DNA of 64,000 nucleotides from assembly GCF_006345805.1 (NCBI RefSeq), contig NC_043006.1, positions 71,114,001 to 71,178,000 on the forward strand, in the 5' to 3' direction. A program made the position numbers and the translations under genes. Numbering within the stretch: position 1 is the stretch's first letter; each line of letters begins with the position of its first letter. The DNA comes from Octopus sinensis. Taxonomy: Eukaryota. Below the pieces are notes generated by a model. That model saw only the letters and a program-made list of their open reading frames with translations, made no database searches and was not told where the DNA came from. Shown piece by piece: positions 13,517-26,147 of the stretch.

Positions 13517-13567
<51 letters not shown>

Positions 13568-13585
13568 TTATTATTATTATTATTA
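13165..13585. repeat. Compound (ATT)n array
   Basis: About 420 bp of ATT/ACT/GTT triplets. Confidence 0.95.
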
Positions 13586-13810
13586 TGGTAGTTTTGGACA
13601 GAGTAATCTGTTTTGAGAGAAGAAAAATACAATTTTTCCACTGTTGAGACTAGAGTACGAACACGCATACATAAGATATACATATGTATATATTATGTAT
13701 ATATATATATATATAAGTATCTTGATTTGTATTATGTATATACATATTTGTATATATGTGAATATATATTTGTATTTATGTATAGATGTATACATATGTA
13801 TATATATGTA

Positions 13811-13841
<31 letters not shown>

Positions 13842-13933
13842 ATAATAAAAATATGAATGTGTATATACATACATATATTATATATGTGTAACAGCATACA
13901 TATATGTGTATGTGTACACACACACACACACAT

Positions 13934-13968
<35 letters not shown>

Positions 13969-13975
<7 letters not shown>

Positions 13976-14337
13976 TATAAACGGCAAAATGTCTGTCTGT
14001 GTGTGTGTGTATCCTTTATACAAATCCACAATTTTTCAGTTAGAGGACTGGCACTTTCTGTGGTCATTCAAAATCGTCCAAGGGTGGTCGTGCACATCTT
14101 TACATTACCCCAGTTACCCCGCAAAGCCACTAGAAAATCAATAGAAGTGACTTTTTTGTAAATTTTCTATTCAAAACCCAATCAAAATGCCCGAAACTTG
14201 ATACGCCAATTGAATGCCAGCTAGCTGTATGTGATTGGTCGGAGATTTGGACAGTACTCGCGTATATGTGCGCACGCATGCAGCTGTATATGCATGCACT
14301 AGCACTATGATCCTGCAACGCCGGGTCATAGTGCTAG
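13969..14337 (+). mobile_element. Non-autonomous Helitron
   Basis: 5' tatataaacggcaaaatgtctgtctg; 3' subterminal hairpin (atcctgcaacgccgggtc) then CTAG at 14334-14337; sits in (TA)n. Confidence 0.7.
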
Positions 14338-14361
14338 TGTATATATATAAGATCTATATAT

Positions 14362-14425
<64 letters not shown>

Positions 14426-14444
14426 CGCCACGATTGATCGTTAA

Positions 14445-14626
14445 ATCCACAAGTTGTTTTATTCTCTCTCTGTATATTTTCTCTTAGTCCTTTCTGTTGA
14501 AGAACGTTGTCTCAAAACGTAAAAGACTTTCTCACTTTCCCGAGCGTCAAACTAATACACCTGCATGTTGTTCATACACCTGTCTTCGTCTTTTGTTTTT
14601 CTATAAATTTCAACTACACACACACA
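14445..14626 (+). mobile_element. Short Penelope-derived unit with decayed CTGTTGA hammerhead motif (14490-14525)
   Basis: cttt CTGTTGA a gaac-gttg-tctc AAAAC GTA aaag; related to the 28263 unit. Confidence 0.6.
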
Positions 14627-14639
14627 CATATATATAAAT

Positions 14640-15382
14640 GGATGAATGAATTATCCTTTGTTTACCGTTAACATGGAAAATTCAATAAACAGTTACCAGG
14701 GTAGCAAAATTCACGCAAGTAACAAGGATGTGCGATCTGTTCAAAGGTAGAAAGGCAGTAATTTGTATACTATAAGTAAATAAATGGAGTTGAACGCAGA
14801 TGCTATTCAAATTCTTTTACTTTCGACATGTGTTTCGAAGACAAGATTGGTTTTATTCCAAAGGAATAAACGGTGAAAAAAATGCAATTTTCTCATCAGG
14901 AAAGTAAGAGAACCTATCTCAACAACAAGACATTATAACAATTTTGATGACTGCATAAATGATAAACAGAACGCTATTAAGTATTTAAAAAAAACCGTGA
15001 GTTGATCCTACGTCAAAGGCAGACCCTAGGAAGAGAAGGAGTAAAGAAATAATAAGTAGAGAACAAATAAAGAGGGATATATTGGTTGAAAAATGTTCAA
15101 AGGCTTGGAAGTACATTTCTCGATTGAAGTAAAGTGCACGTTGAACTAAATGTTCAAACTATAAAGACTGGTAAAAATCACTTATATGAGCTAAAGGTAT
15201 GTTTCTGCATGTGCTTAAATTTGTAAGATCGCTCTATAAGTGTGTTAACAAGGTGGAGAAGATTGCATTTTTTTACACCGTTTATTCCTTTGGAATAAGA
15301 CCAATGTTGTCTTCGAAACATATGTCGAAAGTAAAAGAATTTGAATAGCATCTGCGTTCAACTCCATTTATTTACTTATATA
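14640..15382 (-). mobile_element. Penelope-like remnant with inverted pseudo-LTR
   Basis: About 120-bp inverted repeat (14770-14890 vs 15260-15380) containing a hammerhead; organisation parallels 51641-52745. Confidence 0.7.
14817..14907 (-). ncRNA. Type-I hammerhead ribozyme motif
   Basis: ttactttc CTGATGA gaaaattg...caatcttgtcttc GAAA cacat GTC gaaagtaa; 8-bp stem I, canonical core. Confidence 0.75.
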
Positions 15383-16040
15383 TATATGTGTGTGTGTGTG
15401 TGTAAGTGTGTGTGTGTACATGTGTTTATACACATATGCGCGTGTGTGTGCTTATACGTATATATATATATGTATATGGCCTTATGTAAGTACATATTCC
15501 TTTAAATTTGGTACGACTCTATAACACTGTCTCTCTCCTACATTTCTCTGCCTTTCACACTTTGCACTCTACTTTGATCTGTCTCTTTCTCTCTCTCTCT
15601 CTTTACTTCTCCTCCTTTTCTCTTTTCTTGCCTCTGATTCTTTGGTCTACTCTTCCCCCACTCTCTCACATTTCTCTGTCTTTCTCACTTTGCACTCACT
15701 GATTCTGTCGCCAAGCCAATCCTTGGCACGCTCTCTTTCTTCTCCCCTCTTTAATTCCTTTCTCTCTCTTCTCCCTCCTTTGTTGCCTTCGTCCCCCTTT
15801 TTCTCTCTCTCTCTTTGATTCCTTTGCCCCCTTTTTTTCTCTCCCTTCTCCTCCCACGTGACCGCTGGTCAACCAGCCTTTCGGCTTCTAACCAGCCTTT
15901 CGGCTTCTAACCAGCGCCATGAGAAGATCGTTGTTTTCGTCTGCCGAAAAATGCATTCTTTTCCAAATACGCCAGCTAAACTAAGTTGTACTGTCTAGCT
16001 GGCGTATATATGTATGTATATATATATATATATTATATAT

Positions 16041-16072
<32 letters not shown>

Positions 16073-16119
16073 TAAATATATATCTATATATAGATATATA
16101 TATATATCTATATATATAT

Positions 16120-16470
16120 ATAAGACGGGCTTCTTTCAGTTTCCGTCTACGAAATCCACTCACAAGGCTTTGATCGGTCCGAAGCTATAGTAGAAGACAC
16201 TTGCCCAAGCTGTCACGCAATAGGACTGAACCTGGAACCATGTGGTTCGTAAGCAAGCTACTTACCACACTCCTTTAATCCTAATAAATCCTTGATTGAA
16301 GTTGGTCGATGCTGTTATTATCTGTTTTACATTTGTTTCAATCATTAGGCTGCGGCCATGCTGGGGCACTACCTTGAAGAATTTCAGTCGAACAAATCGA
16401 CCCCAGTACTTATTTTTAGATTTTTTTTGATCACTCCTATTAATTCTATCGGTAGTTTTTGCTGAACCGC
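16120..16470 (-). mobile_element. SINE family C fragments (5' part 16120-16270, 3' part 16335-16470)
   Basis: gacgggcttctttcagtttccgtctac...; gcggccatgctggggcactacc. Confidence 0.75.
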
Positions 16471-16484
16471 TAAGTATATTTATA

Positions 16485-16650
16485 TCTTTTGTGTAGTAAG
16501 AAGCTTGCTTCCCAACCTCATGGTTTCGGGTTCAATCCAAGCGCGTGGCGCTTTGGGCAAGTGTCTTCTACTATAGTATTTGGTAGACGGAAACTGAAAG
16601 AAATCTGTTGTGTGTACATACATATATATATAATATATATATATATATAG

Positions 16651-16684
<34 letters not shown>

Positions 16685-16691
16685 ATATATA

Positions 16692-16728
<37 letters not shown>

Positions 16729-16975
16729 GTGGTGTGTGCGTGTGTGTGTGTGTGAATGTATTTGCGTGTCTGTGTTTGTCACTCCACCATAGCTTAATAA
16801 CCGATGTTGGTGTATTTACGTCCCCGTAACTTAGCGATTCGGCAATAGTGACCGATAGAATAAGTACTAGGCGTACAAAGAATAAGTCCTGGGGTCGATT
16901 TGTTCGACTAAACGCGGTGCTCCAACTAGGCCCCAATCAAATGACTGTAACAATTAAGAGAGTAAAAAGAGTACA
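16485..16975 (+). mobile_element. SINE family C with expanded internal (TA)n/(TG)n
   Basis: tgtgtagtaagaagcttgcttcccaac...gaataagtcctggggtcgatttg. Confidence 0.85.
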
Positions 16976-17084
16976 CATACAGACACACAAATATACATAC
17001 ATACATACATACATACATACATACATACATACATACATACATACATACATACATACATACATACATACATACATTTGAAGAAAG

Positions 17085-17405
17085 GAGTACTCTGTTGGTT
17101 AGGATGCCGAGGGTCCCAGCTGATACAATCAACGGAACAGCTTGCACGTCAAATTAACGTGCAAGTGGCTGAGCACTCCACAGACACGTGTACCCTTAAC
17201 GTAGTTCTCAGGAAGATTCAGCGTGACACAGAGTGTGACAAGGCTGGCCCTTTGAAATACAGGTACAACTCATTTTTGCCAGCTGAGTGGACTGGAGCAA
17301 CGGGAAATAAAGTGTCTTGCTCAAGGACACAACGCGTCGCCGGGAATTGAACTCACAACCTTACGATCAGGAACCGAATGCCCTAACCACTAACCCACGC
17401 GCCTT
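17085..17405 (-). mobile_element. SINE family D, full length
   Basis: tRNA head ggttagtggttagggc...gagttcaattcccgg followed by CORE-like gtgtccttgagcaagacac. Confidence 0.9.
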
Positions 17406-18429
17406 CACACACACACACATACATACATACATACATACATACATACATACATACATACATACTCAGCTGCAAACAATGAAATGCGTTGGGTTTGATAGAT
17501 GTTAGCAAAATTTGAGTTTATTAGTGAAATAATGTTTTCTAAAATAAGTTAACACTGAAGTAATAAATGCGGTACACAAAAGCCATTTCTGACCTTTGTC
17601 AAGACGAATATACAACTTATGACCTTCCATATATATTACGTTCAAACATACATACTTCTGATTAGTCTAATATTGTGTAATGCATTTTAGTGTATTTCCG
17701 ACGACAAATTCCAAGGTAAACATGATAGTTGCAAGTTTCATGACTGTTATATAGGGTACACGAGCTGGACACTTTCTTCTTAGTTGTTCATACATTTAGG
17801 AACCACTGCAATTCATTATTCAACAGTACACAAACTCGAATTAAATACAAAAACATTACTTGACATGAATACGGTTTTATATAAAAATTCCACAGAAAAT
17901 AGAGAAGAATAACTACAAAAATTTTACTAATGGTAATATACAAGACAAAAATCAGTATACATAAAATAAGTCATGAAATGTTTTTATGACTTAGCCATTG
18001 TGTATCTTTTGATTTGGCGTTGATGATTTTATTAGTGATAACAGTATACCTATGATCATTTGTTACTTACTGTAAAGCGCGTGAATAAAACGTTACTATT
18101 AGCATAATCGGGAATGTCTTGAACTAATAATTAATGGATTTAGGAACGCTAATCTTCGAAACCATACATTAAGGATAGATAAGGAAATACAAAAGTCTTT
18201 AGAAAAAAAGATTAAATTCTAATATAGTAGTGTTTCTAATATGACACACATATGTATATACATACATATTCTCTTGTATGGTTCGATAAACTTGCGGGAA
18301 CCTCCATGAACCCTTTAAGTTCAAACATTTTAAAGCTCGATAATTTGTAGTCACTGTTTTTGTGCGAAATAAAGCAACTTCAAGAGCGGGCCGAAAATAT
18401 GTGCCTTGATTTATCACGCATGTTTCTAA

Positions 18430-18630
18430 CAGCTCACTTCATGTCGTGTTTCATAGGGCCAACCTTGCCACACTCTGTGTCATGCTGGGTCTCTCTGAGA
18501 TCTGCGTTAAGGGTACATGTACGTGTATGTGGAGTGCTCAGCCACTTGCACGTTAATTTCACGAGCAGGTAGTTCCATTGATCGGATAAACTGGAGCCCT
18601 CGTCGTCGTAACCGACGGGGTTCTAGTACT
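18430..18630 (+). mobile_element. SINE family D, 3' part
   Basis: gggccaaccttgccacactctgtgtc...cacttgcacgttaatttcacgagc. Confidence 0.75.
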
Positions 18631-19094
18631 TAAGGTCGTACAACACGCAACCCTCCGAGACACCAAAGCACACACACACACACGCACTCACACACACACA
18701 TGCAAACACTTCTACACACACACTCGCATACACATACGCACACACTCACACACATACACACTCATGCACACATTCACACACAAACGCGCACGCGCACACA
18801 TACAGACACACACACACACACATACACACACAGAGCTTTCAGCAGATTGGAACGAAGGCCGAGTCTAAAGACGGTGGCATAAACTATATATATATATATA
18901 AATGCATAAATATACACGCATATATATTTGTGGGTGTGTGCATGTATGTGTATATATATATATATTATATATATATATATACACACACACACAATGGCAT
19001 ACACACTTGTATATATGTACATAGATATACATACATATATATAAATATATATATACCTATATATATTCATATACATACATGCATATATTTCTCC

Positions 19095-19099
19095 CTTTC

Positions 19100-19165
<66 letters not shown>

Positions 19166-19231
19166 AATCTATCTATCTATCTGTCTGTCTGTCTGTCCGT
19201 CCGTCCGTCCGTCCGTCCGTCCGTCTGTCTG

Positions 19232-19278
<47 letters not shown>

Positions 19279-19323
19279 GTCTGTCTGTCTGTCTGTCTGT
19301 CCGTCCGTCCGTCCGTCCGTCTG

Positions 19324-19366
<43 letters not shown>

Positions 19367-19390
19367 ATCTATCTATCTATCTATCTATAT
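19095..19390. repeat. (TCTG)n/(TATC)n/(TCCG)n compound microsatellite
   Basis: Directly visible. Confidence 0.95.
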
Positions 19391-19659
19391 GTATGTATTA
19401 ACGAACGACCAGAGAATAGAAGTCACGTAATCACCGTCATTTGCTTACAGCTGTTTCTGTTACAAGAAGCAGTAAACTCAGAGCTGAGTGTTTACTAAAC
19501 ATCCCCCAGCTTCCCCAGAGCCATTAAAATTAATTGTATGTTTATTTCGTAAAGTATTTAAATACAAAAACTTGGTTACATTCAGAACCACTTTTATAAT
19601 AATATATGTGGATGTTATATATACATATTACTATATACATACATAAATAATATGTATAT

Positions 19660-19702
<43 letters not shown>

Positions 19703-19872
19703 ATTATATATATTATATATAATTGTGTGTATGTGTGCATGTATGTATTTATGTATGTATGTATGTTGGTAGGTAGGTAGGTTGGTAGGTAGGTAGGCAA
19801 TATGAATAGAAGGGTGGATTGACGTATTGATATGTATGTATAGATATAAAATGCATTGATGTAGGTACGTAC

Positions 19873-19962
19873 GAGAGTGAGGCGGCTTTTAAGTGACACA
19901 GCAGCTCGTTCAGCATCACCAACAGCCACAAAAGGCTTTTTCAGACCCCTCCACGTCTCGAC
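19873..19962 (-). CDS. Candidate exon of the unidentified minus-strand gene
   Basis: Strong acceptor atttctaattttttcAG at 19963 and donor GTACGT at 19872. 90 nt; phase 0 reads VETWRGLKKPFVAVGDAERAAVSLKSRLTL, phase 1 reads (G)RDVEGSEKAFCGCW-stop. Confidence 0.45.
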
Positions 19963-20290
19963 CTGAAAAAATTAGAAATATCGTGTCAAATGTGATTGAA
20001 GTAGCAGCAGTAGTAGTAGTAGCAGCAGCAGTAGTATGGCTGTCTTCACTGCTTTATAGACTGCTGGACAAAGCAACACAATAGCGTTTATGGCATTTAT
20101 TTACTGACAGCAAGGCAGAGTGTACATAAATTAGCACTGGGATGTGACCCAGTCAGCCCATGCCTCAAGCCGACACAGCATAGTAGTAGTAGTAGTAGTA
20201 GTAGTAGCAGTAGCAGCAGTTAAGTTCAAATCTGGCCGGAGTTAAAGTTTTTGTTTCGTACTTCCTGACTGGTCTGGACAAAATGATTAC

Positions 20291-20411
20291 CTATCAATTC
20301 AATATTAGGTTCAACCGCCTCTACAACTCCCTCAGCATTTGTAGTCTTGTGTGTCAGTTTAGTATGCATGTAAGAGTTGGTTGAGTATCCCCTGTTGAGA
20401 CCACCCGCCCT
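20291..20411 (-). CDS. Weak candidate exon
   Basis: Acceptor tacttttctgcaaAG and donor AG|GTAATC. Open frame RAGGLNRGYSTNSYMHTKLTHKTTNAEGVVEAVEPNIELI in non-repetitive sequence. Confidence 0.25.
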
Positions 20412-20784
20412 CTTTGCAGAAAAGTATTGTTTTTTTGTTCTCTCAGAGTGTCCTCTCTTCCTCCACACACCAGGATGAAACCATAAAATTTATTTGTGTG
20501 TGTGTGTGTGTGTGTGAATGTATGCGGGTGTATACACGCACATATAGTGTAGGCCCTGATAGTGTAGAAAATTGGTGTGTGTCCAATGCAGCACTTAGCC
20601 ACGAACTCCTGGCTATCTACATTCTCGAATTGGAACTTGAGAAAAATTGAAAGTCCACTGGTGCAGAAACATCGGGTAATATGTTGGTAAAAGCAGCAGT
20701 ATGTAAGTTTCCCGAAGAACAACGCAAAGTATAAACAAGGAAACAAAGAACGAATTTAGAAAACTTAATTATTACTTACAATTA

Positions 20785-20993
20785 TTTCTGTACCACTCCA
20801 TTTCATTTCTAACGCCATTGTAAGTAAATGATTTGATGAGAAAAGTTACACAATGCTTGCGGTTCATTATATTGGAGTGGCACTTCATCAGACTAGTATC
20901 AAGCCACTCTAATACAATGAACCACGAATATTGCGTAACTTTTCACATGGGATCATTTATTGCAATGATATTAGAAATGGAATGGTACAGAAA
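20785..20993. repeat. Foldback hairpin (~95-bp imperfect arms, ~21-nt loop), probable MITE
   Basis: tttctgtacc...ggttcattatattggagtggc / gccactctaatacaatgaacc...ggtacagaaa. Confidence 0.8.
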
Positions 20994-21133
20994 CAAATAT
21001 GTACATCTATATATATATATATATACATATTTCTCCCGTATATATATATATTTAAGATATTGTTTTCTGATATTGGCACAAGGTCAGCAATCTTTATATA
21101 TATATATATATAATATATTATAACTATATAATA

Positions 21134-21184
<51 letters not shown>

Positions 21185-21246
21185 TATATGTGTGTGTGTG
21201 TCTGTGTGTGTGTATACATACATATATACATACATACATACATACA

Positions 21247-21277
<31 letters not shown>

Positions 21278-21324
21278 CCTACTACATATATATACATACA
21301 TACATACATAATACATACATACGT

Positions 21325-21750
21325 TGTTTGGGAGAGAGGGGCAAAGGTATGTACCATCATAAAGGTCAGCTGCCCTGCAGATATATCTCTTTGAAAATCA
21401 AAGAAAAAGAGGATATCGATGGATAATTGCTTTGAAACCTCCAGCTTCTATATCCAGGCTATGAATTCATATTCACACCAATAATAACTGGAGCACTAGG
21501 TTTTGTTAGTAAATGCTTAAAGAAGAATCTGGATAAACTGGGATTTTCAGAAAGAGAAATTGACCGGTTAATTCATACATTACAAGTGCAATCTGAGTGG
21601 AACAGTAATAATATGCAAGACTTTTCTCAAGTTCCAAACGTGAATTTGTCTGTGTTAACTGGATTCCAAAGAGGGAGCCTTGTAACTTTGTTGGAAACCG
21701 GCCCCCTCTTCAGTGGAAGATTTATAATACTTTAAAAAAATAGAAAAGAC
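21325..21750 (+). mobile_element. 3' fragment of an REL-endonuclease (R4/Dong-like) LINE within (CATA)n
   Basis: Decayed frame [22 protein letters not shown]...YEFIFTPIITGALGFVS; (CATA)n on both sides. Confidence 0.7.
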
Positions 21751-21957
21751 ATATACATAAATACATACATATATACATACATAGTGATTGCTCCACCTTC
21801 ACTAATGATTGACGTTTCTCTGAGCTTCCTCTGTGTTAATACAATTTCTGACCTCCTGTCCATGACCTCTTAGATGTCTATTCTGGACCGTTGCAGATTA
21901 GCATGGTTTAAAGTTTAAAAGAATGTGTGTGTGTGTGTGTATGTGTGCATGCGTGTA

Positions 21958-22005
<48 letters not shown>

Positions 22006-22079
22006 TGTGTGTGTGTCTCTGTAGTTTCGTGTTTTCCAGAAGAATTTTCCAATGTCATTATTTTAATTTGCTAAATTAA

Positions 22080-22310
22080 GGCGCAGCGAGCTGGCAGACA
22101 CGTTAGAACGTCGGGAGAAATACAGTATTAGTTCCGGCTCCATAATTTCTGAGTTCAAATCCCGTCGAAGTCGACATTATCTTTCACTCTGACGGGGTCG
22201 ATAATATAAGTGTCAGTGTAATTACCGAGATCAATGGTCTCGATTGACCCAAACTCCCATATATAAAAAAAAGAGTGCTGACCTTGTGCCAATATCAGAA
22301 AACAATATCT
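22080..22310 (+). mobile_element. SINE family A
   Basis: ggcgcagcgagctggcagacacgttag...gagttcaaatcccgtcgaagtcgac. Confidence 0.75.
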
Positions 22311-22636
22311 TAAATTGCTTAATCAATAAACAATTTTCTCACTAAGACCATCCACTCATTATACCAAAAGATGACCAGAATGGTCACCGCACTAACCAAG
22401 GATTGTACTAACGCTCCATTGTATGGAACTATTTGATGTTTAATCTATTTTAATTTCCGAATTCTCTCCCTTGTCCTCTTGCTAATAATTGTTATTAACG
22501 CTAATGATTTCTCTTTTGATTATAGGTGTAAAATCAGTAGATATATATATATTTTTTTTACTCTTAGACTAAACATCTTAGTTATAGTCTTCGTGCAGAA
22601 AACAGCCTTGGAAAATTTAAACAATTTCCCCAAACA

Positions 22637-22667
<31 letters not shown>

Positions 22668-22693
22668 TGTATGTATGTATGTATGTATGTATG

Positions 22694-22754
<61 letters not shown>

Positions 22755-22783
22755 GTCTGTCTGTCTGTCTGTCTATCTTTCTA

Positions 22784-22834
<51 letters not shown>

Positions 22835-22994
22835 GTCTAGCCATTTGTTTAATATGCAAAGTAACTGACGGGTGTACAAGATTTTCGGAATCAATAGCTT
22901 CTGTTCTGTTTTACAACAGGACATGATAAAGAAGTCATATTACACGCGCGCGCACACATATAATATATATATATATATTATATTATATATATAG

Positions 22995-23026
<32 letters not shown>

Positions 23027-23029
23027 ATA

Positions 23030-23063
<34 letters not shown>

Positions 23064-23064
23064 C

Positions 23065-23097
<33 letters not shown>

Positions 23098-23433
23098 TGT
23101 ATATATAGTATATATATGTATATACATACAAAATACGTTATGTACATATATGTATATCTATATATATGACGGTATATATATATATAGTATATATATGTAT
23201 ATACATACAAAATACGTTATGTACATATATGTATATCTATATATATGACGGTATATATATATATACTATATATATATATATATTATATATATATATATAT
23301 ACACGAATGCATATACACACCAAACATAATATACATGCATTATATATGAGGTTATATATATGTACACAACATACACGCACATATATAATATAATATATAT
23401 ATATATATACATATACATACATACATACATACG

Positions 23434-23536
<103 letters not shown>

Positions 23537-23702
23537 CTTATATAATGTTGGTCAATCAATATATATGTGTATGTGTATCTTCGTATCTCGTAGGTAAATG
23601 GATATACGTATGCTTACACAAACACATACGTATACACATGAATATTCACACATACGTATTGCATTTATGCATACACACTACTAAAGAGGGTGTGTATACA
23701 TA

Positions 23703-23746
<44 letters not shown>

Positions 23747-24065
23747 TACATTTACCCTTGAAGATTGGATAAAGCGCACTTTTTATGTTGTCGGTTGAAA
23801 GCACTCTAACAACGCGCCAACAGAATCACTCACATCAAACACACGCACACACAGGTAGAAATACACATACACACACACACACTTGAACAGAAAGAGTGTG
23901 TACTCTTCACGTCGCTAATGATGACACTCTAGATGAGAACCAAGCACTCAAACACCATTAGAAATATCTCTTACAAAATTCTTTCCACTTACCAATTCTG
24001 ATGCCGACCATCTCTACCGAACTCCTGTCCATTACAACTTCCAATGTTGTCATCTACTCTACTGA

Positions 24066-24104
<39 letters not shown>

Positions 24105-24149
24105 ATCTCCACAATTACTCGTCTTTATCATAATTCTTTGAATTCCTTG

Positions 24150-24250
24150 TTCAAATTCCGCCGAGGTCGACTTTGCTTTTCATCCTTTTGGGGGTCGATA
24201 AAATAAGTACCAGTGAAACACTGGGGTCGATGTGATCGACATACCCCTCA
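24150..24250 (+). mobile_element. SINE family A central fragment
   Basis: gttcaaattccgccgaggtcgactttgcttttcatcc. Confidence 0.8.
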
Positions 24251-24253
24251 CCC

Positions 24254-24835
24254 TTCTTCTTCTTCTTCTTCTTCTTCTTCTTCTTCTTCTTCTTCTTCTT
24301 CTTCTTCTTCTTCTTCTTCTTCTTCTTCTTCTTCTTCTTCTTCTTCTTCTTCTTCTTCTTCTTCTTCTTCTCTTCTTCTTCTTCTTCTTCTTCTTCTTCT
24401 TCTTCTTCTTCTTCTATGTTTGACTTTTGCTTTATATTTGTACAAGTTGGCTCCAAGTCTCACCCAGAGACCTCAGAGACAATAGGGTTGGAAGTTCATG
24501 TTGTTGTTATGCCTAGTGTGCCATATATTTGGTGGGGTGGGGGTGTTTGTGTAATGAATGTCTAAAAAAAATTTTTTTTTTTTTTTAAACCGAAAATTAT
24601 GTTTGTTTAAACCTTGAGATTACATAGAAAGTATTTTGCGTAGGATATGAGCAGTTCCCAGAGCACTATCTTTTGAATTTCTGCCATTTTTGGGTGTTCC
24701 TGGTATCTGAGTTAGGTAGCTATCTGCCCCTTTTGCTATCATTCCCAGGGCACCTATGACAACAGGTATTGTTTTAGTCTTCAGCTTCCACAATTTTGCT
24801 GATTTCTATTTCAAGATCTTTATATTTGCTCAGTT
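24254..24835 (-). mobile_element. 5'-truncated Dong/R4-like LINE with (GAA)n tail
   Basis: Minus frame LSKYKDLEIEIS...KTIPVVIGALGMIAKG...QKIV..GTAHILRKILSM (frameshifted). (TTC)n at 24254-24414; 5' end abuts (AAT)n. Confidence 0.85.
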
Positions 24836-24842
24836 ATTATTA

Positions 24843-24879
<37 letters not shown>

Positions 24880-24900
24880 GTATTCTTATTATTATTAGTA

Positions 24901-24931
<31 letters not shown>

Positions 24932-25017
24932 GTTATTATTATTATTATTATTATTGTATATTATTATTATTATTATTATTGATTATATTATTATATTATA
25001 TTATTATTATTATTAAA

Positions 25018-25240
25018 TAAGGCGGCGAGCTTCGCAGAATTGTTAGCACGCTTGAGGAAATGCTTAGTTGTATTTCGCCCGTCGCTGCTTTCTGAGTTCG
25101 AATTCCGCCGAGGCCGACTTTTGCCTTTTATCCTTTCGATGCCGATAAATTAAGTACCAGTGAAACACTGGTGTGAATGTAATCGACTAGTCCCCTCTCC
25201 GCAAATTTGAGGCCTTGTGTCTCCTGTAGAAACGATTAGT
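25018..25240 (+). mobile_element. SINE family A
   Basis: aaggcggcgagcttcgcagaattgttagcacg...ggccttgtg. Confidence 0.85.
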
Positions 25241-25254
25241 AAAGAGGCATAATT

Positions 25255-25830
25255 AGATTCGGAGCATTTAGCTATGACTTGCTCACCCTTCCCATGTACT
25301 CCTTCTCATCTTTCTCTTTTATTTCTATAGTTCGTACCCTGTCAGATTCTATTACTCCTAGATACTTATAATTTTCTCCGTCTTTCAATGATTTTAATAT
25401 CTGACCATTTGGTAACTGAATGCATTTACTGCTGGCTACCTGTCCCCTTTTTATGACTAATATAGCGCACTTGTCTATGCCAAATTCTATGCCTGTATCT
25501 TTGCCGTTTTATTCTTGTTAAAAAGCTTCAAATCATTCCTGTATGCAAATGGTTAATTTTACTTTTACCTCTAAACCCTGCCTTTGCCTTTCTTAATATT
25601 GAACATGGAGGATTAAATATAATATAAATATTAAAGAGGATAACGAATCTCACCGGAAAATTCCTCTCATGGTATTAAGTTTCCATAAGGCTGTATCACC
25701 TGAGTAAAGATCTACTTTCCATTTCTTCATACTGTACCTAATGAAATCTCTTATGTTGCCTCTATTACTGAATGTTCGCCCAAACATTCACTTATCCATG
25801 AGTGCGGTATCATGTCATAGGCTTTCTTAT
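25255..25830 (-). mobile_element. Decayed Dong/R4-like reverse transcriptase fragment
   Basis: Pieces KKAYDMIPHSWI, DLKLF, GIEFGIDKCA and YKYLGV in shifting frames. Confidence 0.75.
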
Positions 25831-25844
25831 GATCTATCCTATTA

Positions 25845-26060
25845 CTCTTTCATTCTTTTATATGTCTCAGTCATTTGATTGCGGCCATGCTGGAACACCG
25901 CTTTTAGTCGAACAAATCGACCCCACCAGGACTTATTCTTTGTAAGCCTAGAACTTATTCTATAGGTCTCTTTTGTCGAATCGCTAGGTACGGGGACACA
26001 AACACACCAACATCTGTTGTCAAGCGATGAAGGGGGAACAAAAACAGATACACAAACATA
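25845..26060 (-). mobile_element. SINE family C, 3' half
   Basis: cagtcatttgattgcggccatgctgg...ggacttattctttgtaagcctag. Confidence 0.85.
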
Positions 26061-26103
26061 TACATACATACATACATACATACATACATACATAGATACA
26101 TAC

Positions 26104-26142
<39 letters not shown>

Positions 26143-26147
<5 letters not shown>

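Noticed and set aside
20400-20480. Strong-looking plus-strand splice acceptors
   Set aside because: No associated donor or open frame; no support for a plus-strand gene.
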